Program-made: the position numbers and the translations under genes
Origin: Escherichia coli
GTDB taxonomy: Bacteria > Pseudomonadota > Gammaproteobacteria > Enterobacterales > Enterobacteriaceae
Length of the DNA: 64,000 nt
Direction: 5' to 3' (one strand)
Assembly: GCF_003790525.1 (NCBI RefSeq)
Contig: NZ_CP033635.1
The notes under the pieces: generated by a model
Databases searched by the model: none
What the model was told of the DNA's origin: nothing
What the model saw: only the letters and a program-made list of their open reading frames with translations
Shown here: positions 1 through 12,243 of the stretch, piece by piece
How the letters are laid out: every line of letters starts with the position of its first letter
Numbering within the stretch: position 1 is the stretch's first letter

Positions 1-612
<612 letters not shown>

Positions 613-777
613 TTAGTTAATTCTCTGTGTCGTGCGCGTCCCAGCTTGAAAAAACGTAATAATAGTGAAAGGTTTACTCATAAATGAGCGGCATTTTGCG
701 TAAACCTGCGCCAGTTGGCAACTTATTACAGCCATTGGCGGCACGCGTTGCTAATTCACGATGGTGATTTTATTTCC

Positions 778-793
778 ACGCAAACGGTTTCGT
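778..793. promoter_or_regulatory. PurR operator (PUR box) in purL leader
   Basis: acgcaaacggtttcgt matches the PUR box consensus ACGCAAACGTTTTCNT, located just upstream of the purL start. Confidence 0.6.
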
Positions 794-871
794 CAGCGCA
801 TCAGATTCTTTATAATGACGCCCGTTTCCCCCCCCCTTGGGTACACCGAAAGCTTAGAAGACGAGAGACTT

Positions 872-3800
872 ATGATGGAAATTCTGCGTGGTTCGCCTGC
901 ATTGTCGGCATTCCGAATCAACAAACTGCTGGCACGTTTTCAGGCTGCCAGGCTCCCGGTTCACACTATTTACGCCGAGTATGTCCATTTTGCTGACCTC
1001 AATGCGCCGTTAAACGATGATGAGCACGCACAACTTGAACGCCTGCTGAAATATGGCCCGGCACTCGCCAGCCACGCCCCGCAAGGCAAACTCCTGCTGG
1101 TGACCCCGCGTCCTGGCACCATCTCTCCCTGGTCTTCGAAAGCGACCGATATCGCCCATAATTGCGGTCTACAACAGGTAAACCGCCTTGAGCGCGGCGT
1201 GGCTTACTATATAGAAGCCGGTACGCTGACCAATGAACAATGGCAGCAGGTGACCGCTGAACTGCACGACCGCATGATGGAAACGGTCTTTTTTGCTTTA
1301 GATGATGCAGAGCAGTTGTTTGCTCATCATCAGCCAACCCCGGTCACCAGCATTGATTTGCTGGGGCAGGGCCGTCAGGCGCTAATCGACGCTAACCTGC
1401 GTCTTGGTCTGGCGCTGGCGGAAGATGAGATTGACTATCTGCAGGATGCGTTCACAAAGCTTGGTCGTAACCCGAACGACATCGAGCTGTATATGTTCGC
1501 GCAGGCGAACTCCGAGCACTGCCGTCACAAAATTTTTAACGCCGACTGGATTATCGACGGTGAACAGCAGCCGAAATCGCTGTTCAAGATGATCAAAAAC
1601 ACCTTCGAAACCACGCCAGACCACGTTCTCTCTGCTTATAAAGATAACGCCGCCGTAATGGAAGGTTCTGAAGTGGGTCGCTACTTTGCCGACCACGAAA
1701 CGGGCCGCTACGATTTCCATCAGGAACCGGCGCATATTCTGATGAAAGTTGAAACCCACAACCACCCGACGGCGATTTCTCCGTGGCCGGGCGCGGCGAC
1801 CGGTTCCGGCGGTGAAATCCGCGATGAAGGTGCCACCGGCCGCGGCGCGAAGCCGAAAGCTGGCCTGGTCGGTTTCTCCGTATCCAACCTGCGTATTCCT
1901 GGCTTTGAACAACCGTGGGAAGAAGATTTCGGTAAGCCTGAGCGCATTGTCACCGCGCTGGACATCATGACAGAAGGTCCGCTGGGCGGCGCGGCATTTA
2001 ACAACGAATTTGGTCGTCCGGCACTGAACGGCTACTTCCGTACCTATGAAGAAAAAGTGAACAGCCACAATGGCGAAGAGCTGCGCGGTTATCACAAACC
2101 GATCATGCTGGCGGGTGGGATCGGCAACATTCGCGCCGATCACGTACAAAAAGGCGAGATCAACGTTGGTGCGAAGCTGGTCGTTCTCGGCGGCCCGGCA
2201 ATGAACATCGGTCTTGGCGGCGGCGCGGCGTCTTCTATGGCATCTGGTCAGTCTGATGCGGACCTCGACTTTGCTTCCGTACAGCGCGACAACCCGGAGA
2301 TGGAGCGTCGCTGCCAGGAAGTGATCGACCGTTGCTGGCAGCTTGGTGATGCCAACCCAATCCTGTTTATCCACGACGTTGGCGCAGGCGGTCTTTCTAA
2401 CGCCATGCCGGAACTGGTGAGCGACGGCGGGCGCGGCGGTAAATTTGAACTGCGCGATATCCTGAGCGACGAGCCAGGCATGAGCCCGCTGGAGATCTGG
2501 TGTAACGAATCCCAGGAACGCTACGTGCTGGCGGTTGCTGCCGATCAGTTACCGCTGTTTGACGAACTGTGTAAGCGTGAACGAGCACCCTACGCGGTGA
2601 TTGGCGAGGCCACCGAAGAATTACATCTTTCTCTGCACGATCGTCATTTTGATAATCAACCCATCGATCTGCCGCTGGACGTACTGCTTGGTAAAACGCC
2701 GAAGATGACCCGCGAAGTACAAACGCTGAAAGCGAAGGGTGATGCGCTGGTTCGTGAAGGGATTACCATTGCTGACGCGGTGAAACGCGTGCTGCACCTG
2801 CCGACCGTGGCGGAGAAAACTTTCCTGGTGACCATTGGTGACCGCAGCGTAACCGGCATGGTAGCGCGCGATCAGATGGTGGGTCCGTGGCAGGTGCCGG
2901 TCGCTAACTGCGCGGTCACTTCCGCCAGCCTCGATAGCTACTACGGCGAAGCGATGGCGATTGGCGAGCGTGCGCCGGTTGCGCTGCTGGATTTCGCCGC
3001 CTCTGCCCGTCTGGCGGTCGGTGAAGCGTTAACCAATATTGCCGCAACACAGATTGGCGATATCAAACGCATTAAACTTTCCGCCAACTGGATGGCGGCG
3101 GCAGGCCACCCTGGTGAAGATGCGGGCCTGTATGAAGCCGTTAAAGCTGTGGGCGAAGAACTTTGTCCGGCGCTGGGCCTGACGATCCCGGTGGGTAAAG
3201 ACTCTATGTCGATGAAAACCCGCTGGCAGGAAGGTAACGAAGAGCGCGAAATGACGTCGCCGCTGTCGCTGGTGATTTCTGCATTTGCCCGTGTGGAAGA
3301 TGTGCGTCACACCATCACGCCGCAGCTTTCTACCGAAGATAACGCATTACTGCTGATTGATCTGGGCAAAGGCAATAACGCGCTGGGCGCAACGGCGCTG
3401 GCGCAGGTTTATCGTCAGCTTGGCGACAAACCGGCAGATGTACGCGACGTTGCCCAACTGAAAGGCTTCTATGACGCGATTCAGGCGCTGGTTGCACAGC
3501 GTAAGCTGCTCGCGTACCACGACCGCTCGGATGGCGGCCTGCTGGTAACGCTGGCGGAAATGGCGTTTGCTGGTCATTGTGGCATTGACGCAGATATCGC
3601 CTCTCTGGGTGACGATCGCCTGGCTGCGTTGTTTAACGAAGAACTGGGTGCGGTGATTCAGGTTCGTGCCGCTGACCGTGAAGCGGTCGAGTCCGTACTG
3701 GCACAGCATGGACTTGCGGATTGCGTCCATTATGTAGGGCAGGCGGTTTCCGGTGACCGTTTTGTGATTACCGCCAACGGGCAGACTGTATTCAGCGAAA

Positions 3801-4759
3801 GCCGCACTACGTTGCGTGTCTGGTGGGCAGAAACTACCTGGCAGATGCAGCGCCTGCGTGACAACCCGGAGTGTGCCGATCAGGAACATCAGGCGAAATC
3901 TAACGACGCCGATCCGGGCCTGAATGTGAAACTGTCGTTTGATATCAACGAAGATGTGGCAGCACCGTATATTGCCACCGGTGCGCGTCCGAAAGTTGCC
4001 GTGCTGCGTGAGCAGGGTGTGAACTCGCATGTTGAAATGGCGGCAGCTTTCCACCGTGCAGGCTTCGATGCAATCGATGTGCATATGAGCGACCTGCTGG
4101 CTGGACGCACGGGACTGGAGGATTTCCACGCCCTGGTCGCGTGCGGTGGTTTCTCCTACGGTGATGTACTGGGTGCCGGTGAAGGTTGGGCGAAGTCTAT
4201 CCTGTTCAATGACCGTGTACGCGATGAGTTTGCAACCTTCTTCCACCGTCCGCAAACGCTGGCGCTGGGGGTATGTAACGGTTGCCAGATGATGTCTAAT
4301 CTGCGCGAACTGATCCCAGGCAGTGAGTTGTGGCCACGTTTTGTGCGCAATACCTCCGATCGCTTTGAAGCGCGTTTCAGCCTGGTTGAAGTAACCCAAA
4401 GCCCGTCTCTGCTGTTGCAGGAGATGGTGGGCTCGCAAATGCCGATTGCTGTCTCTCATGGTGAAGGGCGCGTGGAAGTGCGTGATGCGGCGCATCTGGC
4501 GGCGCTGGAAAGTAAAGGGCTGGTGGCACTGCGCTATGTCGATAACTTCGGCAAAGTCACTGAAACCTACCCGGCTAACCCGAACGGTTCTCCGAATGGT
4601 ATTACGGCGGTCACGACTGAAAGTGGTCGAGTCACTATTATGATGCCGCACCCGGAACGTGTTTTCCGTACTGTCAGCAACTCCTGGCATCCGGAAAACT
4701 GGGGCGAGGATGGCCCATGGATGCGCATTTTCCGCAATGCACGTAAGCAGTTGGGGTAA
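872..4759 (+). CDS. purL: Phosphoribosylformylglycinamidine synthase (FGAM synthase), 1295 aa
   Basis: Translation from ATG 872 begins [26 protein letters not shown]-track start 761 is an N-terminal over-extension; C-terminal glutamine amidotransferase domain. Confidence 0.97.
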   Translation: MMEILRGSPALSAFRINKLLARFQAARLPVHTIYAEYVHFADLNAPLNDDEHAQLERLLKYGPALASHAPQGKLLLVTPRPGTISPWSSKATDIAHNCGLQQVNRLERGVAYYIEAGTLTNEQWQQVTAELHDRMMETVFFALDDAEQLFAHHQPTPVTSIDLLGQGRQALIDANLRLGLALAEDEIDYLQDAFTKLGRNPNDIELYMFAQANSEHCRHKIFNADWIIDGEQQPKSLFKMIKNTFETTPDHVLSAYKDNAAVMEGSEVGRYFADHETGRYDFHQEPAHILMKVETHNHPTAISPWPGAATGSGGEIRDEGATGRGAKPKAGLVGFSVSNLRIPGFEQPWEEDFGKPERIVTALDIMTEGPLGGAAFNNEFGRPALNGYFRTYEEKVNSHNGEELRGYHKPIMLAGGIGNIRADHVQKGEINVGAKLVVLGGPAMNIGLGGGAASSMASGQSDADLDFASVQRDNPEMERRCQEVIDRCWQLGDANPILFIHDVGAGGLSNAMPELVSDGGRGGKFELRDILSDEPGMSPLEIWCNESQERYVLAVAADQLPLFDELCKRERAPYAVIGEATEELHLSLHDRHFDNQPIDLPLDVLLGKTPKMTREVQTLKAKGDALVREGITIADAVKRVLHLPTVAEKTFLVTIGDRSVTGMVARDQMVGPWQVPVANCAVTSASLDSYYGEAMAIGERAPVALLDFAASARLAVGEALTNIAATQIGDIKRIKLSANWMAAAGHPGEDAGLYEAVKAVGEELCPALGLTIPVGKDSMSMKTRWQEGNEEREMTSPLSLVISAFARVEDVRHTITPQLSTEDNALLLIDLGKGNNALGATALAQVYRQLGDKPADVRDVAQLKGFYDAIQALVAQRKLLAYHDRSDGGLLVTLAEMAFAGHCGIDADIASLGDDRLAALFNEELGAVIQVRAADREAVESVLAQHGLADCVHYVGQAVSGDRFVITANGQTVFSESRTTLRVWWAETTWQMQRLRDNPECADQEHQAKSNDADPGLNVKLSFDINEDVAAPYIATGARPKVAVLREQGVNSHVEMAAAFHRAGFDAIDVHMSDLLAGRTGLEDFHALVACGGFSYGDVLGAGEGWAKSILFNDRVRDEFATFFHRPQTLALGVCNGCQMMSNLRELIPGSELWPRFVRNTSDRFEARFSLVEVTQSPSLLLQEMVGSQMPIAVSHGEGRVEVRDAAHLAALESKGLVALRYVDNFGKVTETYPANPNGSPNGITAVTTESGRVTIMMPHPERVFRTVSNSWHPENWGEDGPWMRIFRNARKQLG

Positions 4760-4779
4760 GCCGTCAAACTCATTGTTTT

Positions 4780-4818
4780 TGCAGCCCGGATGAGGCATTC
4801 ACGCCGCATCCGGCATTA
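4780..4818. repeat. REP (repetitive extragenic palindromic) element
   Basis: gcagcccggatgaggcattcacgccgcatccggca: imperfect palindrome of the GCCGGATG...CATCCGGC REP type, intergenic after purL. Confidence 0.6.
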
Positions 4819-4837
4819 AGCACCAACCGCTATTATA

Positions 4838-4863
4838 AGCTCCCAACTTCGGGAGCTTTTTTG
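4838..4863 (+). terminator. Rho-independent terminator of purL
   Basis: agctccc-aacttc-gggagct stem-loop followed by a T-run (ttttttg). Confidence 0.7.
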
Positions 4864-4977
4864 TGTCTGTAAATCACGACAATGGGTGGTTTACCGTGTC
4901 GCTTTCTGGCGACACTTAACTGATTGATTTTAATATTATCTAATAAGTTTATCTTAAGTTGTCTCTTTTTAGCGACA
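4864..4977. promoter_or_regulatory. Three GlrR (QseF) activator binding sites upstream of glmY
   Basis: Three TGTC-N10-GACA motifs at 4864-4881, 4897-4914 and 4960-4977, upstream of a sigma54 promoter; matches the known glmY upstream activating sequence. Confidence 0.75.
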
Positions 4978-5066
4978 CAGTGGCTGATTTACATTCAAAT
5001 AGCGAAGAAGCCATAAATCCCTCAAAGCAGCGTATAATCAGTACGTTACCAAACTATTTTCTTTAT

Positions 5067-5082
5067 TGGCACAGTTACTGCA
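5067..5082 (+). promoter_or_regulatory. Sigma54 (-24/-12) promoter of glmY, with overlapping sigma70 -10-like cataat
   Basis: TGGCAC-agtta-CTGCA matches TGGCAC-N5-TTGCW; cataat at 5081-5086 lies about 8 nt upstream of the presumed +1. Confidence 0.75.
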
Positions 5083-5093
5083 TAATAGTAACC

Positions 5094-5277
5094 AGTGGCT
5101 CATTCACCGACTTATGTCAGCCCCTTCGGGACGTGCTACATAAAATTCGAATGACGCACAACAAGGTGCCTGCCGTCCAACTTCTGATATCAGCGTAGCT
5201 ATATCAACCCTCGGGCGAAACGTCGAGTTAGGCACCGCCTTATTCCATAACAAAGCCGGGTCATTCCCGGCTTTGTT
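5094..5277 (+). ncRNA. glmY: GlmY small regulatory RNA (about 184 nt)
   Basis: Begins AGTGGCTCATTCACCGACTTATGTC downstream of the sigma54 promoter; ends at terminator hairpin aaagccggg-tcattc-ccggcttt + gttgt (5252-5277); sits between purL and glrK as in K-12. Confidence 0.85.
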
Positions 5278-5335
5278 GTATCTGAACTTCCCCTCGGTTA
5301 GCATCAGGCTATTCGCGTCTGACGAGAGTAACACC

Positions 5336-6763
5336 TTGAAACGCTGGCCCGTTTTTCCCCGCTCATTACGACAACTGGTAATGCTGGCATTTTTGCTGAT
5401 TCTGCTACCCCTGTTGGTGCTGGCATGGCAAGCCTGGCAAAGCCTGAATGCGCTTAGCGATCAGGCGGCGCTGGTTAACCGCACTACGCTTATTGATGCC
5501 CGGCGCAGTGAAGCGATGACCAACGCGGCGCTGGAGATGGAGCGTAGCTACCGTCAGTATTGCGTGTTGGACGACCCAACCCTGGCGAAGGTTTATCAAA
5601 GCCAGCGCAAGCGTTACAGCGAAATGCTCGATGCCCACGCAGGCGTGCTGCCGGACGATAAACTCTACCAGGCATTACGTCAGGACTTGAACAATCTGGC
5701 TCAACTTCAGTGTAACAACAGCGGTCCCGATGCCGCCGCCGCCGCGCGTCTGGAAGCCTTTGCCAGTGCCAATACCGAAATGGTGCAGGCCACGCGCACA
5801 GTGGTGTTCTCTCGTGGGCAGCAACTTCAGCGTGAAATCGCCGAACGTGGGCAATATTTTGGTTGGCAATCGCTGGTGCTATTTCTGGTGAGTCTGGTGA
5901 TGGTGCTACTTTTCACGCGGATGATTATCGGGCCGGTGAAAAATATCGAGCGCATGATCAACCGGCTGGGGGAAGGGCGTTCTCTGGGCAATAGCGTCTC
6001 GTTCAGTGGACCGAGCGAGTTACGCTCGGTTGGGCAACGTATTCTTTGGTTAAGTGAGCGCCTGTCATGGCTGGAATCCCAACGCCATCAATTTTTAAGA
6101 CATTTATCTCATGAATTAAAAACCCCGCTGGCGAGTATGCGCGAGGGCACTGAATTACTGGCAGACCAGGTTGTCGGGCCGCTTACGCCCGAGCAAAAAG
6201 AGGTGGTGAGCATCCTTGATAGCAGCAGCCGCAATTTGCAAAAACTGATCGAACAACTGCTTGATTACAACCGTAAACAAGCGGACAGTGCGGTGGAACT
6301 GGAGAATGTTGAGTTAGCACCGCTGGTGGAGACAGTAGTTTCTGCTCATAGCCTGCCCGCACGGGCTAAAATGATGCATACCGACGTTGATCTCAAAGCA
6401 ACAGCTTGCCTGGCGGAGCCAATGCTGCTGATGAGCGTACTGGATAATCTTTACTCCAATGCGGTGCACTACGGGGCTGAATCCGGTAACATTTGCCTCC
6501 GCAGCAGTTTACATGGTGCGCGGGTTTATATTGATGTCATCAATACAGGCACGCCCATTCCGCAAGAGGAACGCGCCATGATCTTCGAACCCTTTTTTCA
6601 GGGAAGCCACCAGCGAAAAGGGGCGGTGAAGGGCAGCGGTCTGGGATTAAGCATTGCCAGGGATTGTATTCGCCGTATGCAAGGGGAACTGTATCTGGTC
6701 GACGAGAGCGGGCAAGATGTTTGTTTCCGCATTGAATTACCGTCGTCGAAAAACACGAAATAA
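5336..6763 (+). CDS. glrK: Sensor histidine kinase GlrK/QseE, 475 aa
   Basis: Histidine kinase with TM segments, HAMP-like region and H-box LSHELKTPL; TTG start at 5336 gives (M)KRWPVFPRSLRQ and the expected length; the track ATG at 5273 lies inside the glmY terminator. Confidence 0.85.
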   Translation: MKRWPVFPRSLRQLVMLAFLLILLPLLVLAWQAWQSLNALSDQAALVNRTTLIDARRSEAMTNAALEMERSYRQYCVLDDPTLAKVYQSQRKRYSEMLDAHAGVLPDDKLYQALRQDLNNLAQLQCNNSGPDAAAAARLEAFASANTEMVQATRTVVFSRGQQLQREIAERGQYFGWQSLVLFLVSLVMVLLFTRMIIGPVKNIERMINRLGEGRSLGNSVSFSGPSELRSVGQRILWLSERLSWLESQRHQFLRHLSHELKTPLASMREGTELLADQVVGPLTPEQKEVVSILDSSSRNLQKLIEQLLDYNRKQADSAVELENVELAPLVETVVSAHSLPARAKMMHTDVDLKATACLAEPMLLMSVLDNLYSNAVHYGAESGNICLRSSLHGARVYIDVINTGTPIPQEERAMIFEPFFQGSHQRKGAVKGSGLGLSIARDCIRRMQGELYLVDESGQDVCFRIELPSSKNTK

Positions 6764-6927
6764 TGCTAACAGCCTATCCCATCAGGCTATTTTATTTGCC
6801 AGTTTGGCCCCGGGCAGTGCTCGAAATCTTCACGTACGACATGTACGCTCCGGTTTCTCCGCGCTGTCCATGTCCAAACTGCCTGCAACAATTACGCCCA
6901 CTGGGATAGGCTTTAAGTCTGGTGAAT

Positions 6928-7641
6928 ATGCGACACATTTTTCAACGATTATTGCCCCGACGGCTGTGGCTGGCAGGGCTGCCATGTCTGGCATTGCTGG
7001 GTTGCGTGCAGAGTCACAATAAGCCAGCCATTGATACGCCAGCAGAAGAAAAAATTCCGGTTTATCAACTGGCTGACTATCTTTCTACTGAATGTAGCGA
7101 CATCTGGGCGCTGCAAGGTAAATCAACCGAAACCAATCCGCTTTACTGGCTGCGGGCGATGGATTGTGCTGATCGTTTAATGCCTGCGCAGTCGCGTCAG
7201 CAAGCCCGCCAATATGACGACGGCAGCTGGCAAAATACCTTTAAACAAGGGATTTTGCTCGCCGACGCCAAAATTACGCCGTATGAGCGCCGCCAGCTGG
7301 TCGCGCGCATTGATGCGCTAAGTACCAAGATCCCGGCACAGGTTCGCCCTCTGTATCAACTCTGGCGCGACGGTCAGGCGCTGCAACTGCAACTGGCGGA
7401 AGAGCGCCAACGCTACAGTAAACTCCAGCAGTCCAGCGACAGCGAGCTGGATACTTTGCGCCAGCAACATCACGTTCTACAACAGCAACTGGAACTCACC
7501 ACCCGCAAGCTGGAAAACCTGACTGATATTGAACGCCAGCTCTCGACCCGCAAACCGGCTGGAAATTTCTCGCCGGATACGCCACACGAGAGTGAAAAGC
7601 CCGCGCCATCCACCGATGAGGTCACTCCTGATGAGCCATAA
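6928..7641 (+). CDS. qseG: Outer-membrane lipoprotein QseG (YfhG), 237 aa
   Basis: MRHIFQRLLPRRLWLAGLPCLALLGC lipoprotein signal/lipobox, Gln-rich coiled-coil C-terminus; lies between glrK and glrR. Confidence 0.85.
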   Translation: MRHIFQRLLPRRLWLAGLPCLALLGCVQSHNKPAIDTPAEEKIPVYQLADYLSTECSDIWALQGKSTETNPLYWLRAMDCADRLMPAQSRQQARQYDDGSWQNTFKQGILLADAKITPYERRQLVARIDALSTKIPAQVRPLYQLWRDGQALQLQLAEERQRYSKLQQSSDSELDTLRQQHHVLQQQLELTTRKLENLTDIERQLSTRKPAGNFSPDTPHESEKPAPSTDEVTPDEP

Positions 7642-8965
7642 ACCTGCGCATTTATTATTGGTCGATGACGATCCGGGATTGCTGAAACTGCTTGGCCTGC
7701 GTCTGACCAGCGAAGGCTACAGCGTGGTCACAGCGGAAAGTGGCGCTGAAGGATTACGGGTACTGAATCGCGAAAAAGTAGATTTAGTCATCAGCGACCT
7801 GCGGATGGATGAAATGGACGGTATGCAGCTGTTTGCTGAAATCCAGAAAGTGCAGCCGGGAATGCCAGTAATTATTCTTACCGCGCATGGTTCTATTCCT
7901 GATGCCGTTGCTGCAACACAGCAGGGCGTGTTCAGTTTTCTCACCAAGCCTGTCGATAAAGATGCGCTATATCAGGCAATTGACGATGCGCTGGAACAAT
8001 CCGCGCCAGCCACCGACGAACGCTGGCGCGAGGCGATTGTCACCCGCAGCCCGCTGATGCTGCGCTTGCTGGAACAGGCGCGGCTGGTGGCACAATCAGA
8101 CGTTAGCGTTTTGATTAACGGCCAGAGCGGCACCGGGAAAGAGATTTTCGCCCAGGCTATCCACAACGCGAGCCCGCGCAACAGCAAACCATTTATTGCT
8201 ATTAACTGTGGCGCATTGCCCGAGCAGTTGCTGGAGTCGGAGCTGTTTGGTCATGCACGTGGCGCGTTTACTGGCGCTGTCAGCAATCGCGAAGGTTTAT
8301 TCCAGGCGGCGGAAGGCGGTACGCTATTTCTTGATGAGATTGGCGATATGCCTGCACCGTTGCAGGTCAAACTGCTGCGCGTGTTGCAGGAGCGTAAAGT
8401 GCGCCCGCTGGGCAGTAACCGCGATATTGATATCGACGTGCGGATTATTTCTGCCACTCACCGCGACCTGCCAAAAGCGATGGCGCGCGGGGAATTCCGC
8501 GAAGATCTCTATTACCGCCTCAACGTTGTCAGCCTGAAAATTCCGGCACTGGCGGAGCGCACAGAAGACATTCCGCTACTGGCAAATCACCTGTTGCGCC
8601 AGGCGGCAGAGCGACATAAACCGTTTGTCCGCGCGTTCTCCACCGATGCGATGAAACGTCTGATGACCGCTAGCTGGCCGGGTAATGTGCGCCAGTTGGT
8701 CAACGTGATTGAACAGTGCGTGGCGCTGACCTCATCTCCGGTGATTAGTGATGCGCTGGTGGAGCAGGCGCTGGAGGGTGAAAATACGGCGCTGCCAACC
8801 TTTGTTGAGGCACGTAATCAGTTTGAACTCAACTATTTGCGTAAGCTGCTGCAAATTACCAAAGGCAACGTCACCCACGCGGCGAGAATGGCGGGGCGCA
8901 ACCGGACAGAATTTTATAAACTGCTTTCCCGACACGAGCTGGATGCAAACGATTTCAAGGAATGA
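7631..8965 (+). CDS. glrR: Sigma54-dependent response regulator GlrR/QseF, 444 aa
   Basis: [14 protein letters not shown] receiver domain, AAA+ sigma54-interaction domain (GESGTGKE-like, GAFTGA motif), C-terminal HTH; start overlaps the qseG stop. Confidence 0.93.
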   Translation: MSHKPAHLLLVDDDPGLLKLLGLRLTSEGYSVVTAESGAEGLRVLNREKVDLVISDLRMDEMDGMQLFAEIQKVQPGMPVIILTAHGSIPDAVAATQQGVFSFLTKPVDKDALYQAIDDALEQSAPATDERWREAIVTRSPLMLRLLEQARLVAQSDVSVLINGQSGTGKEIFAQAIHNASPRNSKPFIAINCGALPEQLLESELFGHARGAFTGAVSNREGLFQAAEGGTLFLDEIGDMPAPLQVKLLRVLQERKVRPLGSNRDIDIDVRIISATHRDLPKAMARGEFREDLYYRLNVVSLKIPALAERTEDIPLLANHLLRQAAERHKPFVRAFSTDAMKRLMTASWPGNVRQLVNVIEQCVALTSSPVISDALVEQALEGENTALPTFVEARNQFELNYLRKLLQITKGNVTHAARMAGRNRTEFYKLLSRHELDANDFKE

Positions 8966-8989
8966 ATTGGCGTTATGTGTTACGTTTAG

Positions 8990-9364
<375 letters not shown>

Positions 9365-9408
9365 ACCGCGTCAAGGGTTGCCGGATGTTTCCATCCGGCA
9401 ACATCAAA

Positions 9409-10599
9409 TCACAGCACCTTATGCGGGCCAAAGCATTCGTAATGAATGTTTTCCTGCTTCACGCCCAGATCCACTAACTGTTTCGCGGCAAACTGCATGA
9501 AGCCAACCGGGCCGCAGAGATAGAACTGCATTGTCGGATCGCTGAACGCACCTTCCAGTTTGCTCAAATCCATCAGACCTTCGCTATCAAACTGACCTTT
9601 AGCGCGATCGGCTTCGCTTGGCTGACGATACCAGGTGTGCGCGGTAAAGCGCGGCAGTGCTTGCCCCAGTTCCTTAACTTCATCGGCAAAGGCGTGAACA
9701 TCGCCATTTTCTGCCGCATGGAACCAGTTCACTTGTGCTGTGTGGCCAGCTTTTGCCAGCGTGTCGAGCATTGCCAGCATTGGCGTTTGACCGACACCGG
9801 CAGAGATTAACGTCACTGGTGTGTCATCTGCGACAGCCATAAAGAAATCACCTGCTGGAGCAACCAGTTTCACGACATCGCCAACATTGGCGTGATTGTG
9901 CAGCCAGTTGGATACCTGCCCGCCATCTTCGCGTTTCACCGCAATACGATAGCCTTTGCCATCCGGTTTGCGAGTCAAAGAGTACTGACGAATTTCCTGA
10001 TGCGGGAAACCTTCCGGCTTCAGCCAGACGCCGAGATATTGCCCCGGACGGTATTCTGCCACTGCGCCACCGTCGACCGGCTCCAGTTCGAAGCTGGTGA
10101 TAAGCGCGCTGCGCGGTGTTTTAGCCACAATGCGGAAATCGCGAGTACCTTCCCAGCCACCGGCTTTGCTGGCGTTTTCGTTATAGATTTCCGCCTCGCG
10201 ATTGATAAATACATTAGCCAGGACGCCATAGGCTTTACCCCACGCGTCCAGCACTTCCTGCCCCGGGCTGAACATTTCGTCCAGCGTTGCCAACAGGTGT
10301 TCACCGACGATGTTGTACTGTTCCGGTTTGATCTGGAAACTGGTGTGCTTCTGCGCGATTTTTTCTACCGCTGGCAGCAGCGCAGGCAGGTTTTCAATAT
10401 TGCTGGCGTAGGCGGCAATAGCGTTAAACAGGGCTTCACGTTGATCGCCATTGCGCTGGTTACTCATGTTAAAAATTTCTTTGAGTTCTGGGTTATGAGT
10501 AAACATACGGTCGTAGAAATGGGCGGTTAACTTTGGTCCCGTTTCCACCAGTAAAGGGATGGTGGCTTTTACTGTAGCGATGGTTTGAGCGTCAAGCAT
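9409..10599 (-). CDS. hmp: Flavohaemoglobin / nitric oxide dioxygenase, 396 aa
   Basis: [17 protein letters not shown] globin domain plus FAD/NAD-binding reductase domain; ORF-track start 10620 is 7 codons too long. Confidence 0.95.
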   Translation of the reverse strand: MLDAQTIATVKATIPLLVETGPKLTAHFYDRMFTHNPELKEIFNMSNQRNGDQREALFNAIAAYASNIENLPALLPAVEKIAQKHTSFQIKPEQYNIVGEHLLATLDEMFSPGQEVLDAWGKAYGVLANVFINREAEIYNENASKAGGWEGTRDFRIVAKTPRSALITSFELEPVDGGAVAEYRPGQYLGVWLKPEGFPHQEIRQYSLTRKPDGKGYRIAVKREDGGQVSNWLHNHANVGDVVKLVAPAGDFFMAVADDTPVTLISAGVGQTPMLAMLDTLAKAGHTAQVNWFHAAENGDVHAFADEVKELGQALPRFTAHTWYRQPSEADRAKGQFDSEGLMDLSKLEGAFSDPTMQFYLCGPVGFMQFAAKQLVDLGVKQENIHYECFGPHKVL

Positions 10600-10621
10600 A
10601 TGGTCTTCCTTTTTTTGCATC

Positions 10622-10647
10622 TTAATTGATGTATCTCAAATGCATCT
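10622..10647 (-). promoter_or_regulatory. Candidate NsrR operator in hmp promoter
   Basis: Reverse strand reads AGATGCATTTGAGATACATCAATTAAG, an AT-rich inverted repeat of the NsrR type immediately upstream of hmp. Confidence 0.5.
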
Positions 10648-10926
10648 TATAAAAAATAGCCCTGCAATGTAAATGGTTCTTTGGTGTTTTTCAGAAAGAA
10701 TGTGATGAAGTGAAAAATTTGCATCACAAACCTGAAAAGAAATCCGTTTCCGGTTGCAAGCTCTTTATTCTCCAAAGCCTTGCGTAGCCTGAAGGTAATC
10801 GTTTGCGTAAATTCCTTTGTCAAGACCTGTTATCGCACAATGATTCGGTTATACTGTTCGCCGTTGTCCAACAGGACCGCCTATAAAGGCCAAAAATTTT
10901 ATTGTTAGCTGAGTCAGGAGATGCGG

Positions 10927-12180
10927 ATGTTAAAGCGTGAAATGAACATTGCCGATTATGATGCCGAACTGTGGCAGGCTATGGAGCAGGAAAAAGTACG
11001 TCAGGAAGAGCACATCGAACTGATCGCCTCCGAAAACTACACCAGCCCGCGCGTAATGCAGGCGCAGGGTTCTCAGCTGACCAACAAATATGCTGAAGGT
11101 TATCCGGGCAAACGCTACTACGGCGGTTGCGAGTATGTTGATATCGTTGAACAACTGGCGATCGATCGTGCGAAAGAACTGTTCGGCGCTGACTACGCTA
11201 ACGTCCAGCCGCACTCCGGCTCCCAGGCTAACTTTGCGGTGTACACTGCGTTGCTGGAACCAGGCGATACCGTTCTGGGTATGAATCTGGCGCATGGCGG
11301 TCACCTGACTCACGGTTCTCCGGTTAACTTCTCCGGTAAACTGTACAACATCGTTCCTTACGGTATCGATGCTACCGGTCATATCGACTACGCCGATCTG
11401 GAAAAACAAGCCAAAGAACACAAACCGAAAATGATTATCGGTGGCTTCTCTGCATATTCCGGCGTGGTGGACTGGGCGAAAATGCGTGAAATCGCTGACA
11501 GCATCGGTGCTTACCTGTTCGTTGATATGGCGCACGTTGCGGGCCTGGTTGCTGCTGGCGTCTACCCGAACCCGGTTCCTCATGCTCACGTTGTTACTAC
11601 CACCACTCACAAAACCCTGGCGGGTCCGCGCGGCGGCCTGATCCTGGCGAAAGGTGGTAGCGAAGAGCTGTACAAAAAACTGAACTCTGCCGTTTTCCCT
11701 GGTGGTCAGGGCGGCCCGTTGATGCACGTAATCGCTGGTAAAGCGGTTGCTCTGAAAGAAGCGATGGAGCCTGAGTTCAAAACTTACCAGCAGCAGGTCG
11801 CTAAAAACGCTAAAGCGATGGTAGAAGTGTTCCTGGAACGCGGCTACAAAGTGGTTTCCGGCGGCACTGATAACCACCTGTTCCTGGTTGATCTGGTTGA
11901 TAAAAACCTGACCGGTAAAGAAGCTGACGCCGCTCTGGGCCGTGCTAACATCACCGTCAACAAAAACAGCGTACCGAACGATCCGAAGAGCCCGTTTGTG
12001 ACCTCCGGTATTCGTGTAGGTACTCCGGCGATTACCCGTCGTGGCTTTAAAGAAGCCGAAGCGAAAGAACTGGCTGGCTGGATGTGTGACGTGCTGGACA
12101 GCATCAATGATGAAGCTGTTATCGAGCGCATCAAAGGTAAAGTTCTCGACATCTGCGCACGTTATCCGGTTTACGCATAA
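10927..12180 (+). CDS. glyA: Serine hydroxymethyltransferase, 417 aa
   Basis: [22 protein letters not shown]..., PLP site [15 protein letters not shown]. Confidence 0.97.
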
Positions 12181-12203
12181 GCGAAACGGTTAATCTGTTG
12201 AAA

Positions 12204-12227
12204 AAAGGCTTCCTTCGGGAAGCCTTT
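12204..12227. terminator. Bidirectional intrinsic terminator between glyA and yphH
   Basis: aaaggcttcc-ttcg-ggaagccttt perfect hairpin flanked by A-run and T-rich sequence, between convergent genes. Confidence 0.7.
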
Positions 12228-12243
12228 CTACGTTATTGCGCCA

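Noticed and set aside
761..871. N-terminal extensions in the ORF track (purL 761, glrR 7529, hmp 10620, yphG 13462, hcaR 27311, hscA 37130, sseA 43344, der 58278, sinH 60247 and others)
   Set aside because: The track takes the longest ATG/GTG/TTG-initiated frame. Starts were trimmed to the internal start that matches the recalled K-12 protein length and N-terminus.
3347..4798. 483-aa ORF antisense to purL (also 1382-2374 antisense, 330 aa)
   Set aside because: Lies entirely within the well-supported purL frame on the opposite strand; translation is Arg/His/Cys-rich with no recognisable motifs. Typical shadow ORF of a GC-rich highly expressed gene.
9379..9402. Hairpin ttgccggatg-tttc-catccggcaa between glnB and hmp as a bidirectional terminator
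   Set aside because: Perfect 10-bp stem but no U-run on either strand; may be a REP-like or stability element, not confidently a terminator.
10930..11877. Long antisense ORFs inside glyA (315 aa), trmJ (33064-33828), pepB (40140-40823), rlmN (51654-52274), bamB (57531-58268) and yphD (19396-20412)
   Set aside because: Each overlaps a confidently identified conserved gene on the other strand and lacks motifs. Shadow ORFs.
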